Below, piece by piece: positions 18,817-26,369 of a stretch of DNA of 64,000 nt (position 1 is its first letter; each line of letters opens with the position of its first letter). A model generated the notes under the pieces. The model did no database searches. It saw nothing but the letters and a program-made list of their open reading frames with translations, and was not told where the DNA came from. A program made the translations under genes and the position numbers. This DNA comes from a virus (taxonomy: Duplodnaviria > Heunggongvirae > Uroviricota > Caudoviricetes). The stretch spans positions 1 to 64,000 of IMG/VR virus record IMGVR_UViG_3300032329_000471; one strand, given 5' to 3'.

Positions 18817-19098
18817 TTAAGACAAATTAGGTGGATTAAATAAATCCATTTTAGCTTTAACAGCGTCCATTTGTTCTATTACATCATCAGCATCACCTGT
18901 TGTATGATGTAACAAATATAGTTGAGCTGAAAACATGATATAATGTTCAGTTAGAGCTATATCTTCTTCAGACTTATTAAGAAGTTTAGCTTCTCTATAC
19001 ATATCTATGTCTTCACCGAGTTTCTCGATGATTTGTTCTTTAGACATCGTTTTAGACATCATTATCAAAATGTTACGGATCTCTGCACCTCTACTCAT
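18817..19098 (-). CDS. hypothetical protein (93 aa)
   Basis: ORF in the track. Confidence 0.55.
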   Translation of the reverse strand: MSRGAEIRNILIMMSKTMSKEQIIEKLGEDIDMYREAKLLNKSEEDIALTEHYIMFSAQLYLLHHTTGDADDVIEQMDAVKAKMDLFNPPNLS

Positions 19099-19123
19099 AA
19101 TAAAAAAGTTTGAATAAAATAAT

Positions 19124-19369
19124 TTAAATAGTTTCTGAAGTTTTTATATTACTAATGTCTTCCAACATTTTTTCTTCAGAGTCTTCTATATTACTAAGAA
19201 GAAAAATCTGACAAAAAAAAGATACTTTCATTTTAGGTTCTGTAAGATCTTCACCAGCTTCTTCAGCTGTTTCATAATCAGTTATAGCTGATTTAATAGA
19301 TTTAAACAAGTCTTTCTTAGACATTTTTTTAGAAGCTGTTACTAACAGTTCTGTAATTGCATCACTCAT
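19124..19369 (-). CDS. hypothetical acidic protein (81 aa)
   Basis: ORF in the track. Confidence 0.5.
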   Translation of the reverse strand: MSDAITELLVTASKKMSKKDLFKSIKSAITDYETAEEAGEDLTEPKMKVSFFCQIFLLSNIEDSEEKMLEDISNIKTSETI

Positions 19370-19536
19370 TTTTAATGTTTTTTTATGTGAGAAAAAAATA
19401 TAACAGACTTTCTGTTTCCAGTACCGTCTGTCAGGGTCGTACGTCTTTCCGTTCTTGTCTGATTGTTAACCCGCACACATAGCTCCTAATAATATTGTTC
19501 GAGATTTGGAAAAATAAAGAATATTTGTATTAAGAT

Positions 19537-19929
19537 TTATAATTTTAAATGTTCCTCAATACGTTTGATTCTTTCCTCTAATGTGTTTGGTTTTTCAACG
19601 TGTATGTTAGGCGTTTCTTTTTCTTGTGGGAGTTTTATCCATGTGCCGTTAGAGAAGTGTTTTAAAACATCTATATCAGTATATCTAAAATATTTTTCTT
19701 CTTTAAATTCATTTGTAAACCATCCACGACTATCTTTACCTATTATAAAATCTTCTTCCCCATTTTCTCTATAAAACCTAACCCCTGTATAATCACGTTG
19801 TTTAGGTTCTTCATTGACTAATTTGATAAGATGTTTAGTTTCTTCATAACTACCCAAAACTTCTACAATTTTATCTTTACTAATCCATAAGTTATTACTA
19901 AAATGCTGTGCTAATTTTTCATCAATCAT
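19537..19929 (-). CDS. hypothetical protein (130 aa)
   Basis: ORF in the track. Confidence 0.6.
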   Translation of the reverse strand: MIDEKLAQHFSNNLWISKDKIVEVLGSYEETKHLIKLVNEEPKQRDYTGVRFYRENGEEDFIIGKDSRGWFTNEFKEEKYFRYTDIDVLKHFSNGTWIKLPQEKETPNIHVEKPNTLEERIKRIEEHLKL

Positions 19930-19934
19930 TATAT

Positions 19935-20315
19935 TTAATTTAAAACTGAATAATAACTGTACATAGAATCATCATACATAAAAGAAAAACTAATTATTCC
20001 TTTAGAATATTTTGTTACAATTCTCAATATGGTATTATGTTCATCATATCCCATCCAACGTCTTACTTTTACACCATCAACTAGTTCTGTTCCTAATGAT
20101 TTGTATGTTGTGTAATGAGACATGTTTTTACTCTCAACATAAATATTATCATTTATACATGTAATCTTTATTTTGTCATAAGTGATATCAACATTGTCCC
20201 ATTCTTTTGTTATTGTGTTCCATCCATAAGACATATTCTTATATGTTACACAAGAAGTTTGTCCTTTAACAATGCTACATATACATAGTATTAAAATAAA
20301 TAATAGTTTTTTCAT
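19935..20315 (-). CDS. secreted hypothetical protein (126 aa)
   Basis: N-terminal signal peptide MKKLLFILILCICSIVKGQ. Confidence 0.6.
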   Translation of the reverse strand: MKKLLFILILCICSIVKGQTSCVTYKNMSYGWNTITKEWDNVDITYDKIKITCINDNIYVESKNMSHYTTYKSLGTELVDGVKVRRWMGYDEHNTILRIVTKYSKGIISFSFMYDDSMYSYYSVLN

Positions 20316-20342
20316 TTGTATTAAGTTTTAAAGAGTGATTTT

Positions 20343-20354
20343 TTGTCGCGGTTA
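20343..20354 (-). promoter_or_regulatory. conserved GC-rich upstream motif TTGTCGCGGTTA (copy 1)
   Basis: One of three copies of the core GTCGCGGTA, about 28 nt upstream of the start of gene 19935..20315. Confidence 0.4.
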
Positions 20355-20573
20355 AAAACACATAAGTTCTTCTATAATAGAAGAATAGAATTTATCTTCT
20401 AATACATCAATATCTTCTTGTGTAAATGACTTACTATTACCATCATCTCCATACAAAACAACTTCTTTTAATCCAATAGGATTTTCATAAGTAACCGTAG
20501 CTGTGGTAAAAGGTGCATACTGTTTGTCTAAATCGAAATAACTTACTTCTTTAGATTTAATTGTGTTTGACAT
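20352..20573 (-). CDS. hypothetical protein (73 aa)
   Basis: ORF in the track. Confidence 0.5.
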   Translation of the reverse strand: MSNTIKSKEVSYFDLDKQYAPFTTATVTYENPIGLKEVVLYGDDGNSKSFTQEDIDVLEDKFYSSIIEELMCF

Positions 20574-20584
20574 AATAAATAAGT

Positions 20585-21166
20585 TTAGTTAATTAATAAT
20601 TTTGTCGCGGTAATTATGTTTCTTGTATTCTCATCAAATTGAAGCCCGTGTAAAGGACATGTTATAACACCATTAACTGGAACTACTTGTGACATATCCA
20701 TACCACGATGAGGACACTTATTTTTATGAATACAATTATGTTTAAGTTTTGATTTACTTATTAATTGTACAGGTGTTATATGTTTAAATGTTACACCTAT
20801 ACAAGTGAGCGCTATATATTCAATTAATGGATCTTTTTTATCCCATCTGATTCCTGAATATACTTTCATATTTCCATCTTCATTAACTAAAAATCTACTA
20901 TCTAAATGATAATGATCATAATCTTGACCATTCTCTTTATCAGAATGTTTATGATTAATTATTGGGAATACATTTTTATAAGTGATAGTTATTTCTTCTT
21001 TATCTTCCACTTGAATCCAGTAATTCCCATATTGATCACAACGTAGTATATTCTCACCTTTAGGAATAATAAATGTTTCCTTCTTATAGTTATATTCTAC
21101 TATACAAGGAACTAAGTATACTTCACCAACTATAGGTGGTTGGTCTAGTTCATCTACTTTCGTCAT
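20585..21166 (-). CDS. Rieske [2Fe-2S] domain protein
   Basis: C-terminal CPH...(16 aa)...CPLH Rieske boxes (CIHKNKCPHRG...ITCPLHGLQF). Confidence 0.65.
   Translation of the reverse strand: MTKVDELDQPPIVGEVYLVPCIVEYNYKKETFIIPKGENILRCDQYGNYWIQVEDKEEITITYKNVFPIINHKHSDKENGQDYDHYHLDSRFLVNEDGNMKVYSGIRWDKKDPLIEYIALTCIGVTFKHITPVQLISKSKLKHNCIHKNKCPHRGMDMSQVVPVNGVITCPLHGLQFDENTRNIITATKLLIN
20602..20613 (-). promoter_or_regulatory. conserved GC-rich upstream motif TTGTCGCGGTAA (copy 2)
   Basis: About 29 nt upstream of the start of gene 20352..20573. Confidence 0.4.
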
Positions 21167-21181
21167 ATTGATAGTTTTAAA

Positions 21182-21193
21182 AGTCGCGGTAAG
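21182..21193 (-). promoter_or_regulatory. conserved GC-rich upstream motif AGTCGCGGTAAG (copy 3)
   Basis: About 16 nt upstream of the Rieske gene start. Confidence 0.4.
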
Positions 21194-21315
21194 ATAAACA
21201 GAGATAGATGTAAATAATGATTCAGTCTAATTCAACAATCTACTTGTACAAATCTCAAGCTTGAAAGGTTATCTATTAATCATATTATATCTATCCCTGT
21301 GTATTGAAATACTTA

Positions 21316-21618
21316 TTAATCTTCTACATTAATAGGTGTTATTGAGTATAGCTCCATTTCTTCTTTTCCTTTACCATTATCACCTACAGGTAGGATAACA
21401 ATGTTATTAGAAACATTAGACATATTAGGCTCCATATAAAAGTTATCAGATGGATCAATACAAGAAAGTCTGTCAAGCTCTAAAGTTATAAGGTTTTTTA
21501 CCTTTTTTTGAGCTCCTTCAATAGTAGAATGATAAGAAATAATTCTTTCTTCTACCCAGTATTGCCAAGCATCAGAATCAGAACGAGAAATGTTCTCATA
21601 AACTTTGTAAATAATCAT
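21316..21618 (-). CDS. hypothetical protein (100 aa)
   Basis: ORF; its 5' region is identical over 24 nt to that of gene 22017..22337. Confidence 0.55.
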   Translation of the reverse strand: MIIYKVYENISRSDSDAWQYWVEERIISYHSTIEGAQKKVKNLITLELDRLSCIDPSDNFYMEPNMSNVSNNIVILPVGDNGKGKEEMELYSITPINVED

Positions 21619-22016
21619 AATAAATAAATTTTAATTGTGAATAATAATTATTAAAACCCCATATAGTCTCTTATAGAAAATCTCTATATTGTAGGCGTGA
21701 ATATATGACGCCTCGTTGTTCGACATTACTGTCTACACTATATGCTAGAAAAGATTGAGGATATAACTCAATTTAAAACACGTTATTATACGTGTCACTA
21801 CTCTATGAATTTCACATACCTGTAGTAGCTTGACGTTATTGTTATAGGAATCGAACCTATATACATCCAATACAATAAAAAAAGAGTTTAAGGTTATCAA
21901 CTCTATAGCACTTCTACCGATAGCTTCATCTGTATAGCTCCTATAATATAGGAGAACAGTACTACTGTGCTTTTAACTTTTCAGCAAAGTTCGAAAATTC
22001 CTGGTTTATCCCCCAG

Positions 22017-22337
22017 TTAGAAATATTGTTCGACATAAGTTTTAGAACTATTGTCAAAATGTAACAACACCAATGTAGGTATTATTACATCTGAAGACAT
22101 ATTGGCTTCATGAGCTATAAGATGGTTTGGACAATACCATCTGGTTGTCCATTGGGCTAAAAAACTTGTCAGCGCTGGTGTAAGACCAGTTACTAACAAC
22201 TTCCCACCATTGTTCATTAACTCTTTATACAATGGTGTTTTAACACCTGTAAAGGTGCTAAAATCAAAAGAGCTAAATATAGCTCCTTGGTTTGAAGGAA
22301 GATCGTGTCTTCCTTCGAATAAACAGTACGTTGTCAT
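22017..22337 (-). CDS. hypothetical protein (106 aa)
   Basis: ORF; shares a 24-nt 5' element with 21316..21618. Confidence 0.55.
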   Translation of the reverse strand: MTTYCLFEGRHDLPSNQGAIFSSFDFSTFTGVKTPLYKELMNNGGKLLVTGLTPALTSFLAQWTTRWYCPNHLIAHEANMSSDVIIPTLVLLHFDNSSKTYVEQYF

Positions 22338-22932
22338 AATAAATAAATTTTAATTGTTAGTAATAGTGTTATGTGATTGGTATATTTAAAAATACAGGCT
22401 TTTACTGTTTCAACAATCAGTTCTATTATGTTCTCTATCAAACAGCTCTATTTGCTTGATTGTTTAGCTTGAGTTTCACTTAATAAACAGGAATTGATAT
22501 AATTCACTCTGCTACTCCTCTACATAAATAGATAGATGCGTTGATTTTACTATACCTTTTCCTGTTATTTAATTGTTGTAACTGACGAGTAATCTGAATG
22601 CTCTCTTCTTTACGTAGTCACTCTAGGTCATTCGATGGAGCAATGAATAGGTTCCCTGAGTTGTTACAACAATATTATCCCTCTGTATTCTGTTGTAACT
22701 CTATAGTTTTCAGAAGATAGGCTCCGTACCTATTCATACGGCATTATACCTGAGAGTAGTTTTACTTCTTTACAGCAGCCTCACCTTGGGAATGAGGAAT
22801 GATACATTACATATATATAGCCATACTAGTCCGCGTTTTTTATACTATTTCTAGTATATTTTATACATCAATATATCTTTAGATGTGTTCCTGACACTCC
22901 TTCACACCTCCACACATTAAACTATATTAACA

Positions 22933-23000
22933 AAACTAATACTATTTTAACATAAAAATGCGATCTCTCTCGAGAGCAAATGTTAAAATAGTATTAGTTT
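22933..23000. repeat. perfect 21-bp inverted repeat with a 26-nt spacer that holds a 10-nt palindrome
   Basis: AAACTAATACTATTTTAACAT ... ATGTTAAAATAGTATTAGTTT; the spacer contains CTCTCGAGAG. Confidence 0.8.
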
Positions 23001-23003
23001 ATA

Positions 23004-23058
23004 CAGAGTAACGTTCAGAGTAATAACATGAACAATACAGAGTAACTATACAGAGTAA
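23004..23058 (+). repeat. four iteron-like direct repeats CAGAGTAA
   Basis: Copies start at about 23004, 23016, 23038 and 23051, immediately adjacent to the inverted repeat. Confidence 0.7.
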
Positions 23059-23086
23059 TAGTATGAACTAAAACAATGAAACTAGT

Positions 23087-23410
23087 TTACACTAGTCCCA
23101 TTGCTTTCAAAGCGTTGTTGATATCTTCAGACGAAGTACCACCAGCACTAACCTCAAAGAACGCTCTGAATCCACCAGGTGCTTCAGCATCTTGAACTGT
23201 ACTAACATACAATTCAACCTCTTGACCAATAGTCAAGTTTGCTTTAATAGAACCGTCTGTATTAGAGATAGTTCTATTTGCAGGATACTTCATCCCTTTT
23301 AACGCCCCGTCCAAAAATTCAACCTGTAAACTGATAAACTGTTTACCGTTAGTTTTTGTTTTTACTTCATCACTGATGCTGCGCACAACACCCTTTACAC
23401 TTTTAGCCAT
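23087..23410 (-). CDS. hypothetical protein (107 aa)
   Basis: First gene of the leftward block; lies beside the divergent promoter region. Confidence 0.6.
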   Translation of the reverse strand: MAKSVKGVVRSISDEVKTKTNGKQFISLQVEFLDGALKGMKYPANRTISNTDGSIKANLTIGQEVELYVSTVQDAEAPGGFRAFFEVSAGGTSSEDINNALKAMGLV

Positions 23411-23555
23411 TTTTTGTTTTTTTTATTGTACGAATAATAAGGTTCCAACACACGGGGTACACCCCGCTGCCAAATTAGAGGGGGTGTTTTGTGGAGTAGG
23501 TAACAACAACCTCTATTACAATCATTATTTTTTTGGGTAGAAAAAAAATTTTATA

Positions 23556-23563
23556 TACATTTG
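23556..23563 (+). promoter_or_regulatory. Bacteroidetes-type -7 promoter element TACATTTG (TAnnTTTG)
   Basis: Matches the sigma-A -7 consensus of Bacteroidota, 5 nt upstream of the ATG at 23568. Confidence 0.35.
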
Positions 23564-23567
23564 TAAT

Positions 23568-23777
23568 ATGAAGAATATATTAGATTCATACTTTGTGTGG
23601 TGGTATATAGGAATAGTGTTTCCATTAGCTACATATATTCAGTTGATTAGATCTTTATCTTCTATATATCCCAATCCATCATTTGATACATTTGGTATTG
23701 TGTTGTGGTGTATTATAGGAAGTAGTTTATTAATAGTTACTATTAAGCATTTTGTATTTGATGATCTTAATAATTAA
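23568..23777 (+). CDS. small membrane protein (69 aa, 2 TM)
   Basis: Hydrophobic ORF; first rightward gene. Confidence 0.55.
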   Translation: MKNILDSYFVWWYIGIVFPLATYIQLIRSLSSIYPNPSFDTFGIVLWCIIGSSLLIVTIKHFVFDDLNN

Positions 23778-23779
23778 TC

Positions 23780-23905
23780 ATGACACTAGAATCACAATAT
23801 AAACTTTATCTACAGGAACACCCCGAATCTACATTTACATTTGAAGAATGGAAGATGTGGTTTTCTGAAGAATTAAAAAAAATAAATAATATTTTTGGTA
23901 AATAA
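23780..23905 (+). CDS. small hypothetical protein (41 aa)
   Basis: Manually translated MTLESQYKLYLQEHPESTFTFEEWKMWFSEELKKINNIFGK; abuts the previous stop codon. Confidence 0.3.
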   Translation: MTLESQYKLYLQEHPESTFTFEEWKMWFSEELKKINNIFGK

Positions 23906-23926
23906 AAAATAAGTTGTATAACATAT

Positions 23927-24021
23927 TGTTAGGTGGTGAAATTGGCAGACACGCTATCTTGTCTCGATAGTGAGAATATATTATGTATATTCTTGTGGAG
24001 GTTCAAATCCTTCTCTAACAG
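23927..24021 (+). ncRNA. unusual tRNA-like element (95 nt) with a very long variable arm
   Basis: Acceptor TGTTAGG/TCTAACA, D arm GTG-AAATTGGCAGA-CAC, anticodon stem CTATC/GATAG with loop TTGTCTC (GTC, with T at position 37), variable arm with an 8-bp stem AGAATATA/TATATTCT, T arm GGAGG-TTCAAAT-CCTTC. Confidence 0.45.
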
Positions 24022-24137
24022 CATTGTGGCTCACCTCTGTATATCAAGCAGTGAGTCTCCCCAGTAGGTTGCAAGTAATCTGGGATAAGTGTAAACCTAA
24101 TAAGATACACCTAGAGATGTTCGACTGCCTTCTCGTA

Positions 24138-24168
24138 AAGCCTCATCTTTTGATGGGGTTTTTTTTAT
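24138..24168 (+). terminator. rho-independent terminator
   Basis: CCTCATC-TTTT-GATGGGG followed by a T9 run. Confidence 0.5.
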
Positions 24169-24207
24169 TTCACAAATTTTTATTATTTTTGTGACAAAAT
24201 TATAATT

Positions 24208-24450
24208 ATGTTTAATGATGATTATCCATCTCCTAAAAAATCTACATATAGATTTTATTATATAGATACATATATAATTAATGGTCAAAAATCTATACCC
24301 ATTCATATAAAAGATATAACAGTGTATGCAGATCATATGGGACTCGGAGCTGATGTTCATGAAGCTAAAAAAGAATTAATTAGAAGTTTAGATTTTGATG
24401 AAGCTCATTTTATATGTGTTAAAAGTGAATTATTAAATCGCGAGTTTTAA
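24208..24450 (+). CDS. hypothetical protein (80 aa)
   Basis: ORF preceded by TATTTTTG (TAnnTTTG) at 24184-24191. Confidence 0.45.
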   Translation: MFNDDYPSPKKSTYRFYYIDTYIINGQKSIPIHIKDITVYADHMGLGADVHEAKKELIRSLDFDEAHFICVKSELLNREF

Positions 24451-24621
24451 AAAAAAATTTGGTAGATAAAATATATATTCTTATATTTGTATTACAATGA
24501 AGAATAACAATACATATTATTTATCCCTTAGTTGGTTGTCATTAGTTGATGATCGGGGATAATATGTCTTATAAAAACTATATACATAGAAGCCCCAGAA
24601 TTATCTGGGGCTTTTTTATTT

Positions 24622-24703
24622 GCTTCTATGGCGGAATTGGTAGACGCGCTACACTTAGGATGTAGTGTTTTAAAACGTAAGAGTTCGAGTCTCTTTGGAA
24701 GTA
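24622..24703 (+). tRNA. tRNA-Leu: tRNA-Leu (anticodon TAG)
   Basis: Cloverleaf read by eye: acceptor GCTTCTA/TGGAAGT, D arm GCG-GAATTGGTAGA-CGC, anticodon arm CTACA-CTTAGGA-TGTAG, long variable arm, T arm AAGAG-TTCGAGT-CTCTT. Confidence 0.8.
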
Positions 24704-24706
24704 CAT

Positions 24707-24787
24707 ACCGGTATGGTGAAATAGGTAGACACGAGAAGCTTAAGACTTCTTCCCGATGGGGTACAGGTTCGATCCCTGTTATCGGTA
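24707..24787 (+). tRNA. tRNA-Leu: tRNA-Leu (anticodon TAA)
   Basis: Acceptor ACCGGTA/TATCGGT, anticodon arm AGAAG-CTTAAGA-CTTCT, long variable arm, T arm ACAGG-TTCGATC-CCTGT. Confidence 0.8.
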
Positions 24788-24851
24788 CATGATGGATAAT
24801 TCACTCATTAACTCCTGTAAAGAAGGTTAATGATGGATATATCCTACAAAA

Positions 24852-24937
24852 GGTGAGTTGGTAGAGTTGGTTTATTACACCGGTCTTGAAAACCGGAGGA
24901 GGTAACACTTCCGTGAGTTCGAATCTCACACTCACCT
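24852..24937 (+). tRNA. tRNA-Ser: tRNA-Ser (anticodon TGA)
   Basis: Acceptor GGTGAGT/ACTCACC, anticodon arm CCGGT-CTTGAAA-ACCGG, long variable arm, T arm GTGAG-TTCGAAT-CTCAC. Confidence 0.8.
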
Positions 24938-24942
24938 CTTAT

Positions 24943-25030
24943 AGAGAGTAAAGGAGGGAAATGGTATCCCCGGTTGTTTGCTAAACAACAACCCATTTAG
25001 TTGGGCACAGTTCGAGTCTGTTTCTCTCTG
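24943..25030 (+). tRNA. tRNA-Ser: tRNA-Ser (anticodon GCT), imperfect acceptor stem
   Basis: Anticodon arm GTTGT-TTGCTAA-ACAAC, variable-arm hairpin CCCA-TTTAGT-TGGG, T arm CACAG-TTCGAGT-CTGTT, acceptor AGAGAGT/TCTCTCT with one mismatch. Confidence 0.6.
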
Positions 25031-25035
25031 CTTTT

Positions 25036-25121
25036 GGGAGTAAGGTGGATTTTGGTTTAGCCCCCACGGTCTGTAAAACCGCAGCCTGTCAAAGGAGCTT
25101 GTTCGATTCAAGCTACTCCCA
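25036..25121 (+). tRNA. tRNA-Tyr: tRNA-Tyr (anticodon GTA)
   Basis: Acceptor GGGAGTA/TACTCCC, anticodon loop CTGTAAA, long variable arm, T arm GCTTG-TTCGATT-CAAGC. Confidence 0.75.
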
Positions 25122-25126
25122 CATAC

Positions 25127-25197
25127 GCGTGTATGGTGAAACGGTATCATGACGGTCTCCAAAACCGTTGGTCTAGGTTCGAATCCTGGTATACGTG
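25127..25197 (+). tRNA. tRNA-Trp: tRNA-Trp (anticodon CCA)
   Basis: Acceptor GCGTGTA/TATACGT (two G-U pairs), D arm GTGA-AACGGTA-TCAT, anticodon arm ACGGT-CTCCAAA-ACCGT, T arm CTAGG-TTCGAAT-CCTGG. Confidence 0.75.
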
Positions 25198-25230
25198 CAA
25201 ATGTCAAGTATTATGTTCAGTTTACTTGAC

Positions 25231-25263
25231 AAAAAAAAGTCAGACATTAGCCTGACTTTTTTT
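25231..25263. terminator. bidirectional rho-independent terminator
   Basis: A8 run, hairpin GTCAG-ACATTAGC-CTGAC, T7 run; lies between the converging tRNA cluster and phoH. Confidence 0.65.
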
Positions 25264-25285
25264 ATTATAATGTAATATTACAGTA

Positions 25286-25951
25286 TTACGAAACTGTTTT
25301 ATCAAACTCATAATCTAATACTTTTCCTACTAGATCACTTCTGTGGTTGTATTTAAGCTTCACCCATTTAATCTCTTCTATCTTTTTAGATAGCTCAATT
25401 AAATACTGTAGTCCGTTTATCTCTCCATTGTTTTTAATATCACACTGTTGTAGATCACCATTAAAGATCATCTTACCTGTTTTACCCAACCTTGTAATGA
25501 TGGCTAAGATTTCTCCTTTGGTAAGATTCTGAGCTTCTTCTATAATCAGAATATCATCTACAGTCTTTCCTCTAATAAACTGTACAGGAAGAGCTTTGAT
25601 AGATCCATCCGCCACAATCTTGTCTATAGTCACTTTATCTTTACACTTGTATAGATTCTCTATAAGAGCTTCAAGATATGGATTAAACTTATCATCTAAT
25701 CCTCCGGGAAGAAATCCAAGAGTCTTACCCACTTCAATAGCAGCTCTTGTTACATAGATGTTTTCACACTGTTTTTTAAACAAGAAGTCTAAAGCCACTT
25801 GTGCTGATATTAAAGACTTACCTGTTCCAGCAAATCCAGTTATCACTACCACCTGATTTTCAATGATCAATCTTTTGGCTTCTTTTTGTTCATCATTTAA
25901 AGTGATGTTATACTTTATATCACTTTTACGTTCTCTGTTGGGTTCTTTCAT
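25286..25951 (-). CDS. phoH: PhoH-like ATPase
   Basis: Walker A ITGFAGTGKS and Walker B ILIIEEAQN; overall PhoH-family sequence. Confidence 0.8.
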   Translation of the reverse strand: MKEPNRERKSDIKYNITLNDEQKEAKRLIIENQVVVITGFAGTGKSLISAQVALDFLFKKQCENIYVTRAAIEVGKTLGFLPGGLDDKFNPYLEALIENLYKCKDKVTIDKIVADGSIKALPVQFIRGKTVDDILIIEEAQNLTKGEILAIITRLGKTGKMIFNGDLQQCDIKNNGEINGLQYLIELSKKIEEIKWVKLKYNHRSDLVGKVLDYEFDKTVS

Positions 25952-26029
25952 AAATTGTTTTATATGTACAATACAATATAATGATTATATGTTATAAACA
26001 AATGTTTAAAAGTATTTTTATAATATCTT

Positions 26030-26037
26030 ATTTTAAA
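26030..26037 (+). promoter_or_regulatory. TAnnTTTG -7 element (TAAATTTG)
   Basis: Upstream of the first rightward late-module gene (ATG at 26079). Confidence 0.3.
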
Positions 26038-26078
26038 TTTAAATTTGCTAAGTTTAAACTTAATAAGTATATTATATT

Positions 26079-26369
26079 ATGAACAATCAACCAACAAATG
26101 ATGTTTTTCTTGATATAGAAGAACATTTAGAAAAGAAAAGAGGATATAAAGAAGTTATTGTAGAAGACAAGTATAGTCACTACAGACAGAGTATTCCAAA
26201 AAGACCAGGTGGTGCTATAAGTAATGTTCCTGTTATTGATGTACGGGATGGATTAGCTGAACGAATGTTAGCTGAGTCTATGAGGAAAGCTTCTAATAGA
26301 AGTAAGTATATGAACTACAATCAATATAATCTATCACCTAAAAAAAGAAATCATGATACATCGTTGTAA
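26079..26369 (+). CDS. hypothetical protein (96 aa)
   Basis: ORF in the track. Confidence 0.55.
   Translation: MNNQPTNDVFLDIEEHLEKKRGYKEVIVEDKYSHYRQSIPKRPGGAISNVPVIDVRDGLAERMLAESMRKASNRSKYMNYNQYNLSPKKRNHDTSL

Noticed and set aside
19565-19774. Plus-strand ORF inside 19537..19929
   Set aside because: Antisense shadow.
23970-24360. ORFs 23970..24194 (plus) and 24097..24360 (minus)
   Set aside because: Both overlap the tRNA-like element, the structured region and the terminator. The translations are low-complexity. More likely non-coding RNA sequence.
24932-25207. Minus-strand 91-aa ORF
   Set aside because: Lies entirely across the tRNA-Ser, tRNA-Tyr and tRNA-Trp genes. An artefact of the ORF caller.
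25347-25532. Plus-strand ORF inside phoH
   Set aside because: Antisense to a motif-supported PhoH gene.
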